A DNA stretch of 64,000 bases from Takakia lepidozioides (Eukaryota > Plantae > Bryophyta): the NCBI GenBank assembly GCA_030704615.1, contig CM060732.1, positions 80,538,001 through 80,602,000 of the forward strand, in the 5' to 3' direction. The notes beneath the pieces are model-generated. The model saw only the letters and a list, made by a program, of their open reading frames with translations. It had not been told where the DNA came from and made no database searches. Made by a program: the position numbers and the translations under genes. Below are positions 1 through 10,900 of the stretch, piece after piece. Each line of letters begins with the position of its first letter. Within the stretch, counting starts at the first letter, position 1.

Positions 1-1225
1 GTCCACCAGATGTGCCGCAGAGGAGGCATGCCAAGAAGAATGTACTGATTCAGCCATGTTTGTTGTCGGCATGTCGGTGTCGGAGTCGAGACACATTTCC
101 TGCACATGCACATGTTGAGGTTACAAGCAAATTACAAATAATGAGTAGCTAGCATAATATTCAACGGGACGCAAATTTGTCCAACTCACCTCCCGCATAT
201 AGTCGCCGAACTGGAGGAAACGATAATGCCACCATGCTAGCCAACTGACCATTGCTCCCTCGTCTGATTTCCTTACAGCACCTGACGTTGTCCACCAAGC
301 CCGTATACATGCAAACTGTGTTTCTGCATCATCCAAGGTGGGAGCACACTTCCACGCAAGACACATGGAACGGTGCTCCTCTCTGAAATCTGGCGCCACG
401 AGCCTGGTTGTGTACTGCGACAAGCTCTGCAGAAAATGGAACCCACAAGATCTCTCCTTGCTTTTCATTGGAACATTGGGGTCTTCCCCGTACACCCTTC
501 GGATGGTAGCCCAATTTGCTTGTGCGTTGTCCGCCATGAAACCACAAAAATTGGGAGGAGGAAATCTTGCCCTGGCCATCTGTTCGTTTATTCCCTGCCA
601 AAGAAGCATCTCCGATTGTGTGTCCTCTCCTTTCATCTCACAAATAACAATTGTCATTAGTATCCTGTAGTGGGTGTCGTAGACATGTGCACCCATTGTA
701 ACCCACTGGTGATTTGTAATTCGCTTGATATGGTCGAACATGACCCAACTGTTTGACAAGTCCCTACTCGTCATCCGGTGGACCAGTTCGACGCCGCTGC
801 CAGGCCCATATGTTAACATTTTGAATACGAAACAACGATCTGCCTCAGTCCCTTGTCCTGGAAATCTACTTCCATGAATATAGTCATATCCACATCATCG
901 CTTCACCTCCAGAATGGAGTGCATATCCGGGCCACGCCCAATTCTCTGTTTACATGAGACAATGTGGTTTCGGACATTCGGTGAACAGACGTGGAATACC
1001 GACTCCAGCAATGCCTCCATTTCCTTCTCATTGAGAGGAACTCTGTCGGAGCCGTCTTCCGACATAATTCTGGCCAATGCCATCTTATGGGCGGCCTGCA
1101 GCTGTATCTGTTTGGGTTTGGCACCAGGTCTCAACTTAACCTCCTCTTGAATGAGCTGCTCTGCCTCGTGGGCAGCCTCCCGCGAGTTACCCCTCGTCAA
1201 TTTGTGACAATGGGAACCAACGTGT
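1..1225 (-). pseudogene. Mutator-like (MULE) DDE transposase, decayed and running off the window edge
   Basis: ORFs 895-1200 and 121-819 are one frame split by a single stop at 895-897 (EVKR*CGYDYIHGSRFPGQG...FVFKML). Motifs: HVGSHCH (end of Zn-finger), MFDHIKR (D1), FMADNAQANW (D2), CGFH (CxxH). After a GT-AG intron (about 189-100) the next exon reads PTTNMAESVHSSW, the MULE catalytic-E motif. Confidence 0.8.
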
Positions 1226-1875
1226 CGGATGAAGTCGTCTCAGGGGGACAGACCGACACCTGGCCGACAGAGAATATCCCTCGGATGGAAAAACGGCGCC
1301 GAATTTCCATTAGAGGCCGTTCCGATGAAGTTGTCTCGGGGGGAGAGGCCGACACCTGGCCGACAGAGAACATCCCACGGATGGAAAAATGGCGCCGAAT
1401 TTCAATACGAGGCCCATCAGATGAAGTCGTCTCGGAGGAGAGGCCGACACCTGGCCGACAGAGAACATCCTTCGGATGGGAAAACGGCGCTGAATCTCCA
1501 ATGAGGCCATTCGGATGAAGTTGTCTCGGGGGTAGAGGCCGACACCTGGACTACAGAGAATATCCCCCGGATGGCAAAACGGCGCCGAATTTCCATACGA
1601 GGCCCGTCGGATGAAGTCGTCTCAGGGGGAGAGGCAGACACCTGGCCGACAGAGAACATCCCTCGGATGGAAAAACGGCGCCGAATTTCAGGACGAGGCC
1701 CGTCGGATGAAGTCGTCTCGGGGGGAGAGGCTGACATCTAGCCGACAGAGAACATCCCTCGAATGGAAAAATGGCGCCGTATTTCCATCCAAGGCCGCAC
1801 GGATGGAGTCGTCTCGGGGGGAGTGGCCAAAAGAGATCATGTGCAGGATGGAAAAACGACGCCGAATATCCATCA
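1226..1875. repeat. Tandem repeat, 96-bp unit, about 6.5 copies
   Basis: Units begin GATGAAGT(C/T)GTCTC at 1228, 1324, 1420, 1514, 1610 and 1706, with a degenerate unit at 1802. Most carry GGATGGAAAAA(C/T)GGCGCCGAATTTC. Confidence 0.95.
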
Positions 1876-2014
1876 ACAGACGCCCGTATCGACCCTTCAT
1901 CAACAATTTTGATTCGTTTTTCGCATTTTATGTCTAATCAGTCACTCAACTTAGAGTTTTTCGCCTGCGGTCCACTTTTTGGCACGTTATGCCCACCAAT
2001 GTCGTCCGGTAGAG

Positions 2015-2300
2015 ACAAATTTGGTGCCGGATTTCCATCCATGAGGTGGACCGATTTACTTGCAGGATGGAAATTCGGCGCCGGTTTTCCATCCTGTAGC
2101 GCTCCGGTTTACGTGTAGGATGGAAATTCGGCGCTCGTTTTCCATACTGCAGCGCTCCGGTTTCCCTGCAGGATGGAAATTCGGCGCCGGTTCTCCATCC
2201 GGCTGCTTCTGGATGAGAACGTCTCGGGCGGAGGGAGGGCCACGGTGCGTCCCACTTCATCCGCTGATGGAAATTCGGCGTTGTTTTTTTTCCATCCAGC
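2015..2300. repeat. Short repeats of the GGATGGAAATTCGGCGCC core, inverted relative to the 96-bp array
   Basis: Copies at about 2065, 2118, 2171 and 2266. Each GGATGGAAA...TTTCCAT forms a small hairpin. Confidence 0.85.
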
Positions 2301-2559
2301 GGGCTGTTGATGAAGTCTCGGGGGGAGGGTGGGCCAGGTGGCGCCTGTGGGCGACCTCCATACCTACATTTAAGGGCGCAGTTGCGCATTAAATGTCCTC
2401 TGCCGTCTGTTTTGAACCGGACGGAGATGAGGATGAAATTAATGTAGCCGCAATTTTATGTTTAGGTGGGGATAAGGCAAAGGGGGATAATACCCGGCCT
2501 TGCATTTCCAGGATGTAAGTTGCCTTATGTGGCGCATGAAAATTAGTTGTGAAGCCCCT

Positions 2560-3425
2560 AGAAAAATGGCGCCGAATTTCCTGTTTCCGGCCATGGGGCG
2601 GATGGCTAAGCCCCGGGGGTGGCTGGCACAGTTTGGAAATTCGGCGCCATTTTTCCAGTTCCCGGCCCAGTCAGTTCTGGGACTTAGCCATTTTTGGACC
2701 CTGTACTGGAAAAATGGCGCCATTTTTCGAGTACAGGGTCCAAAAATGGCTAAGTCCTTGGGGCGGATGGCACATATTCTGGAAATTCGGCGCCATTTTT
2801 CTAGTCCCAGTCATTTCTGGGACTTAGCCATTTTTGGACCCTATACTGGAAAAATGGCGCCATTTTTTCAGTACAGGGTCCGAAAATGGCTAAGTCCCTG
2901 GGGCGGATGGCACATATTCTGGAAATTCGGCGCCATTTTTCCAGTTCCGGACCCAGTCATTTCTGGGACTTAGCCATTTTCGGACCCTGTACTGGAAAAA
3001 TGGCGCCATTTTTCCAGTACAGGGTCCGAAAATGGCTAAGTCCCTGGGGCGGATGGCACATATTCTGGAAATTCGGCGCCATTTTTCCAGTTTCGGGCCC
3101 AGTCATTTCTGGGACTTAGCCATTTTCGGACCCTGTACTGGAAAAATGACACCATTTTTCCAGTACAGGGTCCGAAAATGGCTAAGTCCCTGGGGCGGAT
3201 GGCACATATTCTGGAAATTCGGCGCCATTTTTCCAGTTCCGGGCCCAGTCATTTCTGGGACTTAGCCATTTTTGGACCCTGTACTGGAAAAATGGTGCCA
3301 TTTTTCCAGTACAGGGTCCGAAAATGGCTAAGTCCCTGGGGCGGATGGCACATATTCTGGAAATTCGGCGCCATTTTTCCAGTTTCGGGCCCAGTCAGAT
3401 CTGGGACTTTTTCGGACCCAGTCTG
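2560..3425. repeat. Tandem repeat, 146-bp unit, about 5.5 copies, each with an about 80-bp palindrome
   Basis: 2965-3044 is a perfect 80-bp palindrome centred on GGC|GCC (3004/3005). GGCGCC or a decayed version recurs at 2643, 2716, 2789, 2856, 2929, 3002, 3075, 3148, 3221, 3294 and 3367. Confidence 0.95.
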
Positions 3426-3465
3426 GAAAAATGGATGTGATTTTGTCTGTGTTTTTTGAATGCAG

Positions 3466-5116
3466 GTACTGTAAGTTCTCCCTGTTGGAGAAAGGTCATC
3501 TGTCCTTTCAGCCGCCATTCTTCCTCGCATGGAGGAACCCTGGAGCTGACTCCATGTACACTGACGTTATCGTGAAGGAGTGGCATCTGGAGCATTTGCG
3601 CGACTGCCCTTGGTATGTAGACCTTCTGCCCGGCTCGCTCGACTCATCCGAGTTCCAATTGAAGCTGGATGCGGAGGCCCGACCAAACCGAGCTCCGCTG
3701 CCTCCGCTGGGTCCAAAGGAGGTGAAAGCACTTGTCAAGTCCAGGAAAGCGGCAGAGCTTGCTTAGGCAGGTATTCAGGAGAATTTGAATGACAAGAATA
3801 AAGGACAAATGAAAAGGACACGGAAACATGGGAGTAAAATAACCCCCAAAAAATAGAAATTCATTGGGGCACCAGAGGAGGCGCAGGAGGGGCCCCAAGG
3901 GAGTGACTCCGACGACGACGACGACTTTGTGCAAGGTCCTGCGACTGCTGCTGCTGCTGCTACCAAGTCACCGGTCGTCCGGGTTCCCAAGTCAGTTCGG
4001 ACTGGGACTGGCTCTGCCAAGAAGTTGGCATTTGAGGGCGAGCCTACACGGCGGTATTCGGCGGTGACGTTTCCGCAAAGGCCAAAGTTAGAATCCCCAA
4101 CTATCATCCAATGCGTCAATGAGAGCTTTCTTGATGCTCTGGCTGCCAGGGCGAAGAAGGTGGCACACAACAAGTCTCTGGAGGAGCTGAAGGGGAAAGC
4201 CAAGAAAAGGGCTGCTGCTACAAAGCCTAAAGACACCCTTGGTTTGGAAGCCATGATGGAATTCTTCACGGCTGTGAGCACGGATTGCAAGAGCACTCGG
4301 GGGGGGGGGGGGGGGGGGGGGGGGTTTGAGGTGGAGAGAGCCTGCGATATGATTCTCCTCGATATTCCAGATGGGGAGCTGTTGTGGGCGTGGATGGTGT
4401 GCCCACCTAGAACAGGTTTACGGAGGACTACTGGATAGCCGGGTTTGGGTTGGCGGGGATGCTCCTGGATGACAGTGGATGTATGGTGGTCCTTGCCACA
4501 AGAGGGAAGACCACAAGAGTGTTGTGGCAAGGTGGACACCAAAAAGTGTCACCCCGGTCCTCCTGAAAAAATGGTTCTGCATCAATACGCAGGGGTTGCG
4601 AACAGAGGGCCAGAGTGTAAGTTATCAATCTATTGCATTCACTTCATATTGTGGTGTATCTAAACTAGACCCTGGAGTGGATCCCTCTTTTGTTGGATGT
4701 GCAGACATTGGTGTTTGAGGCATATTGTTTTGTGAAGAGAGGGTCTACGTTCAAATTCCGCAATGACGGTCGTCTTGTTGATGCCGTTGTGGACCCTGTT
4801 ACCTACGATGTCCTCTACAACTATGTGCGCCAATCCAGTATGCCGAAGGACACAAAGACAGGCAAACCGTGGCGGTACAGCCGGACCCGGAGCCCTGCTT
4901 TCATCCAAACCCTCATGGAGACGTGCTCGGATGTCCAAGGGTGGATTCTTGACCTCACATGCGGCACGGGTAAGCCTTCATGTGCACATTTTGTCCCCTG
5001 GCCCGATTGCATGCCGCACGCCGCATGCTACTAACCACCCGCTTTGTCCCCCAGGTGCTTCAATGTGGGCAGGGACGTTGTCCGACAGGCATGTCTTCGC
5101 CTTCGCCTTGCAATAA
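3466..5116 (+). pseudogene. Intron-containing beta-class N4-C/N6-A DNA methyltransferase-like gene with a low-complexity N-terminal region, decayed
   Basis: ACDMILLDIPDG (DIPD at 4361-4372, at the DPPY position). After a frameshift: VPT*NRFTEDYWIAGFGLAGMLLDDSGCMVVL. GT-AG intron 4617-4704. Then PWRYSRTRSPAFIQTLMETCSDVQGWILDLTCGTG, intron 4970-5054, ASMWAGTLSDRHVFAF, which parallels the HPTQKP..LLERLI..S..GD.VLDPFAGSGTT..AA...GR..IG pattern. Two frameshifts, one internal stop (4408) in the MTase domain, and a truncated C-terminus. Confidence 0.7.
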
Positions 5117-5274
5117 AATGTTGCATTTCATTGCTATGACGAGTCCACTGGTGCCACATTCCAACTTCACATGACCCTATTTCCGTGCCTCCTAACCCTA
5201 TTTCCGTGGACACACAATGGTCCGCTCATTTTTTTTCCGCTCATGCTCATGCCGCTCATGAAATAGCAGCCCCC

Positions 5275-6270
5275 TTATTAGCTGATCTACAAATTGACGC
5301 TTTAGGCATGACCGGAGCCGGTTGGGCTTTGAAGATTTTGTTGCAACCAAATGCGTCGGGTCCGGATCTCACCATCTAGTTAGGATATTTCAGGTCTACC
5401 GAAATCAACTTTGTTCTTTATAAAAGTTCAAATCCGTGGATTTCAACTCCTTTTGGGAAGGTTTCCCTGCTTCTTATTTGTCTTTAATTATCCTTCTTAA
5501 TTTCGCCGATGGTTCAATTTGGACCACTTGCCCTGTTTGGGCCACGCTTAGAGCCCACCTCTTGTGGAATATTTGGAAAGCCAGATGCACTTTCATTTTC
5601 TCTGTAAGCCTGTTTGTGTCAACCCTTTGTAAGTCACTCAGACTTGATGTCTGAAGCTCGCAAGGCTTGGCTGGTTTTGGGGGTAGCTCTTCGCAGATGC
5701 GGTGACAGGAGAAGGGCCCAATTGCTTGAAGATTTTGATGGAACATGGGGCAGAGGTGGACGGCTCTGTTCAAGGGAATCTAATTCTAGAATTACCTGGT
5801 GCGACGCTCTCCCACAAAGCTGGTAGCTCCCTCAGCACTATGCGATCACCTGTGGGTGGTGAAGACTCGGAGGTCAATTGGTGGATAAAAGGTCTTCTAA
5901 GATGGACAAGACTCGGGCCCAACTCTCTTATGGTAGTATCAGCTGACTGTAGATCCCAGGGCCTCGGAAAACATGTGTCTTTAGCTCTTTTGGGCTTTCT
6001 AGGCTGGCTGTTGGATTTTTGCTTTGTTTAGATGTAGCTTCTCGTTACCTTTTTCGCTTATGGCTAAGTCTGCCCCTCTTGGGCTAGCTTCTATAGCCTT
6101 TCCTTCTCTTTCTTCCCTGTCTCAAAGTTGTGTCTTCGTGAATCAGCCTGCATGGCACTTTTCATAGAGGTTCTTTTAACTCTTTGTATCTCATGGACAT
6201 TTTAAGTTCTTTATCTATAAAGTTCATGAGGCCTCCGTCCCTCTTCTTGAAATAAAAATAAAAATAACAC
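5275..6270 (+). mobile_element. LINE (L1-like) 3' fragment
   Basis: WATLRAHLLWNIWKARCTFIF matches the W-x-IW-x-x-RN-x3-F motif downstream of zf-RVT in plant LINE ORF2. The region ends in an A-rich tail at about 6251-6268. Confidence 0.55.
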
Positions 6271-7379
6271 TCTAGAACTCAGCCACCACGAAGCAACTTG
6301 ATTATAAATAAATAAATAAATGTAAAATCCATGAACATAATGTATGATTTCAACTATTGAAATGGCTATTTTAACTGTGAAAGATGTTATTTTCTCCTCT
6401 CACTATCAAGGGGCCTGAGCTGTGAGCTGACGCTCCCAGGTGTTTCCTTTTTCCAAAAAACAAAAAGGCGCATTTCAACAAAATGACCGATTTCAATTAT
6501 TGAAATGAGTCCCTTCAATTTATATTTCCAAAACATGTCATTGTCTTACTGATGTGATTTCCTTTAGCCATTTTGACTTTTACAGCTAATACCATATCCA
6601 GGCTATGTGTATTGTTTTCTTCATAGGTGTGTAAGTTGAATTGAAACTAGGGCATAAATACATCCTGAATATGTTGAAGCGGCTTGGCCCGGGTTTGCCT
6701 CCGATCAGGATTTCGATAAGTTACACCCAATGTCCAAGGGGGTGGGTTGATTTCAACTAGGTTCTCAGATTTTTCAGATCTGGGAGGTCGGGTCCAGGGG
6801 CTTTGTAGACATTGTGATCTCGAAACGGACACCAGTCATACCCGTGACACTAAGTCAACTTCAAACTCAAACTGCTTATTACATAATATTACTATTTTTT
6901 GCTCTACATGTGATTGTAATTCTGAATATGTTGCCAATTTTCAACATGTCTTGTTTCCATCATTGTCACATTGACTTCCTGATCTTACCTTGATTTGGTC
7001 ACTGTCACCCAGCACCAACGTCCCCCAAACTTTAATTTGAGTTGAATGAGCCAATGGGCCCCCTCATTCTCAAAACCAACCGGCTAAACTAAAGTGGGTT
7101 GGGGAGTCAGTTGCTTCCCCTTAGTGGTAACTACAATCCTCAATTTTCTATGTAAACTTCCTCAGTAAATTTCCTAAGGTTTCAATTATCACTTGGAAAT
7201 TCCTCAAAAGCACTCGGCTAGTTACAACTGGCTTCTGGTTCTCCCCGTTGGTTGCCCAACACCCATGTAGTGCTTGTAAAGGTCTATTTGCGAGGGCTAC
7301 ATTGGTCGGGAACGCAATGTGAACTAGCAGAAGGCTACAGCTATAGCCTTTCTGAAAGTGAAAGTTGAGGTTTCCAAGT

Positions 7380-7980
7380 TTCTGCATTAGATGGAACTGG
7401 AAACTTCCAGAAAACAGCTGGGTGCTCTTTGCATCTGGCCAATGTTGTGGTCGCAAGTCTCCTCAAGACGCACTGTAGTTAGTCAAGTAATGGGCAAATG
7501 TATGTCTGGAAGGCTGGCAATGCTGCTTGCGCGATTTAGGGTCAGACGATTTGTTTGTAAAAGGTATGGGCATAACAAGAAAGCATAATTGGTCGGCTGC
7601 TTACATATAGGTTCCCGCCAAAATGGGACAACCCATTTTCGTGACTGTCCCACAAATCCCTGGGAGCGGAATGCTCGGAATGGTTGAGTTCTGCAAGTGT
7701 GTTTGGAATGTGATATTCTTTTACTGTTGGGAGAGTATGGGAGATGTATGTCTTCAAGGCCTGAGACGCCCTGGGGCTTTTGATAGTTTTACTTCGGAAA
7801 AACACAAAGCTGGAACTCCTTCTGTTGGTCTCTAGCCCTAGTCAAGTGTGGCACTCAATCATTTCAGCTGGCATTTTGTTTCACATGTACAACCAGTATT
7901 TTTTACCAAGTCTCAGAGACAAGAACTTGCACTGAAGCGTCGCCAAGAAGAAAGGGCCGAGCAGATGAAAATGTGAAATT
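7380..7980 (+). mobile_element. Probable degraded LINE ORF2 C-terminal fragment
   Basis: Trp/Cys-rich broken frames (e.g. CKCVWNVIFF) resembling the zf-RVT region; heavily decayed. Confidence 0.3.
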
Positions 7981-10900
7981 TCTTGGAAGTGTTTTAGCAA
8001 GTTGTAAGAATATCTAGTAGATTAATATCAGACTGTTGATGATTAAGAATTCAAATGCTGTTGGTGTGTGATGTATGTTGTCATGTGTTCTTATGTAGCA
8101 ACCATGTTTACCCAAATTTTGCCAATCACTAACGTGACATTGTGGTCAACTCATTGGCAAACTCAACTTTATTATTTTCAGAGTCAGTTCTTATGTGGTG
8201 TGGGGAGCCCTACTAGTATTATATCCCTGCACTGCTGCACTTGCAAGAATGGGAGTTTTAGTTCTAGAGCAAACTTGACCGTAGCTGTCCTCTTTCTGTC
8301 CCTTTTTGAGATGGAGGTAGTACTTGGCAGGAATGAGGAGCAACACAAGCTGTTGATGAGTAGAGAGAGTAAAAGCAATGTGCAAGAAGGTCAGTTTTTG
8401 AATTTGGTTTGTATCTTCTCTTCATCACTGGCTAGGTGAACCTCCCCACACTTCTTTGAGGACAAATATAAATAGCAGACATACAAATGTGTCAGGTAGT
8501 TGTAGATTTATATTGGTGGTGATTATGCAAGAAATGCTGACAGTTCTATTGCATTAGACCTACATTCCATGCAATTGGGTTTTGTGGTAATGTTCATTAG
8601 GATGCCAAGCCGTACTCCATTCTTTCCATGGACATGTCACAGATGCTAATTCATGACTGGCAGACCTCCTCCTTTCAGTGTCTAGGTGAGGTAAGATAGA
8701 CACTTAATATGTATAATTTGGCTTAAAATGCAGACAAGGTTGCCATCATGATAAATAGAAGGACTGTGAGAAATCAGGAGCGTGAGGCTCGTGAAGCGCG
8801 TGAGCGGGAGCAAGAGCAAGAGCGTGACGAAGAAGCCAAGACACGGCCTATGAATGACTTGGTGACTACTATGTGTTTGAGATGGTACCTCTACAGTAAA
8901 AAGGTTGGACTTGTAGAAGATCCATCTATGTGTCTATGGGAAGGTATTCTTGTCATAGGATGACTGTGGGTTAGAAGTTTATTGGGAGGTTATTGGGGTT
9001 CATTCTTTGTCAGGTGCACTCCAACCACATTCAACATAAGGATCCTTTTGGTGAGGTTCCTTCCCTGTATAGCACGGAGAAGAATCTTCATATTTTTATT
9101 TTTATTTCTGTTTTTCTTCTCACTAATGTACAAGACAGGTCTCTCTTCCACTAATCATCTTGCTATATTTCTAGTCCTTAATTAAAGAGTTATTCTAGCA
9201 ATTGAGATACCTGATGATCTACTTTGTTTCCTGTCGCACAAACCTTCACAAGGGAGTCAGATTGGCTTCGAGTGCATTGTCACATGTTGTGACAGACCAT
9301 TTAGCCTGAAACTTCAAAAAGCAAAGGGTCGGGAACCTGTTCAATGCTGAAACAAGTTATGTATTGAAGTAACATTCTTATCTGAAAGTTTTCTCTTTGA
9401 TATCAGTTTTTCCACGGTGCTCGAATGGGTTGAATTTGGTGCTACAAGTTGGCAAGGCATTGTTCAGGAGAATGGTACTGATTTGAATGAGGACTGGGAT
9501 AAATTTGATGTCGAAGGTCTGCCCCCCTTCCCCACCTATTGAGGCTTGATTGTACCTCACTTAAGTGGCTAGACCAGTTTACTTCGTGTATGAGTAGATA
9601 ATGTTCTGGTGGTCTTTCTACAAATGAATTTGGATATGTTGCGTATTAGTAAAGGTCTGATGTGATCGAAATTGATGCATATGTACTAGAAGCTTGAGCC
9701 ATCACACTCCTCCTCTCTTGTCTCAACCAGGGGTCCTTTTTCTTTTCTGTGTTCTTAAAAATGAGGGAAAGTGGAAACACAAAAGAACAAGTTCGATTCT
9801 CTCTCACTGTGGAGACTAGACTTGATAAGGTTGGATCAGTCCTGACCAGTGATGCATTTGTAGCCACAAAATTTCTGTTAGAAATCACTGAAAGGGGCTA
9901 TATCTGATACCTATCAGAGGCCTAGGGTATTTAGCTACTGACTCAGCAGATACACAGTTGATTGCATGTTAATTCTCCCAGGCTCCACAGCAGAGTCTAC
10001 ATTTCTAATTAGTAGCCAGAGGAAAATGAGCATGCTCCCCTCTTGTCTTCCTCCTTCATTTTTTCTGATCAATTATTCCTTTTCGCAGCTTTGGCTAAGC
10101 CCTGGAAGTAAGGCAGCCGAAGAGAAAGAGTTTTTTGACATCCATTTGGCACCCTTCTACAGAATTCATGAGCAGGTACACATTGATGGAAGTTGTCAAG
10201 GGTGTGAGATAGGGGCATGTTTTTCTAGGGATGGAAGGATGTGTGTAGCAAGTAGGTCTTTTAAGATGTATGCATTGGTGGATGCATGCAAGTTAAAGTA
10301 TGTACAACGTGGCATATGTGTGCAGCTAAGTTTGTAGGTATTTGTGTCTCATGTTTAATGTACTAGAGGCATTGACATCAATGCCTTCACGTGATACATG
10401 TATGAAAGACAGTAGAAGGATTTGTTCTTAATTGGTATGTGGATTACCAGCTCTATCACGCAGTGAGAGTTTGTTCAAAACAAACTCTTTGTAAATCTTT
10501 GAAGCACCTCTTGCATTGGTGAGGACCTCAGCGATTTGAGGGTTGGCATCTGGCTTGCAGACATTGTTACCAAAATTGTCACCTGGCTTGGAGTAGCAGA
10601 TTGTTTTGCCCCGCGACTCTTTATCTCTAGGTGTGTGTTTTTGTATTGTGACGGGTGAGATCAGGTAAAGATAGCACTCTCTGGGATCATGTGCATGTTG
10701 GATAAGAATGCAGGGATGTTGATGGATGCAAATTACACATGTATAGAATTGTACATGTATTTGGACAAGGAAAATCATAGCATGTGTGTTTAGGTAAGAT
10801 GTCCCTCTGTACACTAATGTTTGATCTTACCTACAAATAACAATTGAGTGACCACCTTGTTTGCTATGAATTGTGTTGTGTGATGGGCATGTATGCAGCC

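Larger units (their letters stand above)
1..5274. mobile_element. Composite MULE-like DNA transposon relic: transposase, repeat arrays, methyltransferase-like cargo and putative right terminus
   Basis: Transposase (-) and cargo gene (+) flank GC-rich arrays. 5170-5274 has subterminal repeats (CCCTATTTCCGTG x2, CCGCTCAT x3) and ends GAAATAGCAGCCCCC, after which LINE-like sequence starts. The left end is outside the window, so the TSD cannot be checked. Confidence 0.6.

Noticed and set aside
1226-3425. CRISPR-like appearance of the regularly spaced palindromic repeats
   Set aside because: Whole units repeat with no unique spacers, there are no cas genes, and the context is eukaryotic.
991-3530. 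Numerous ORFs across the repeat arrays
   Set aside because: They are translations of tandem and palindromic DNA with no protein-like features.
8748-8963. Charged ORF MINRRTVRNQEREARE...
   Set aside because: Low complexity; may be a retroelement gag start, but no supporting domain, LTR pair or PBS was found.
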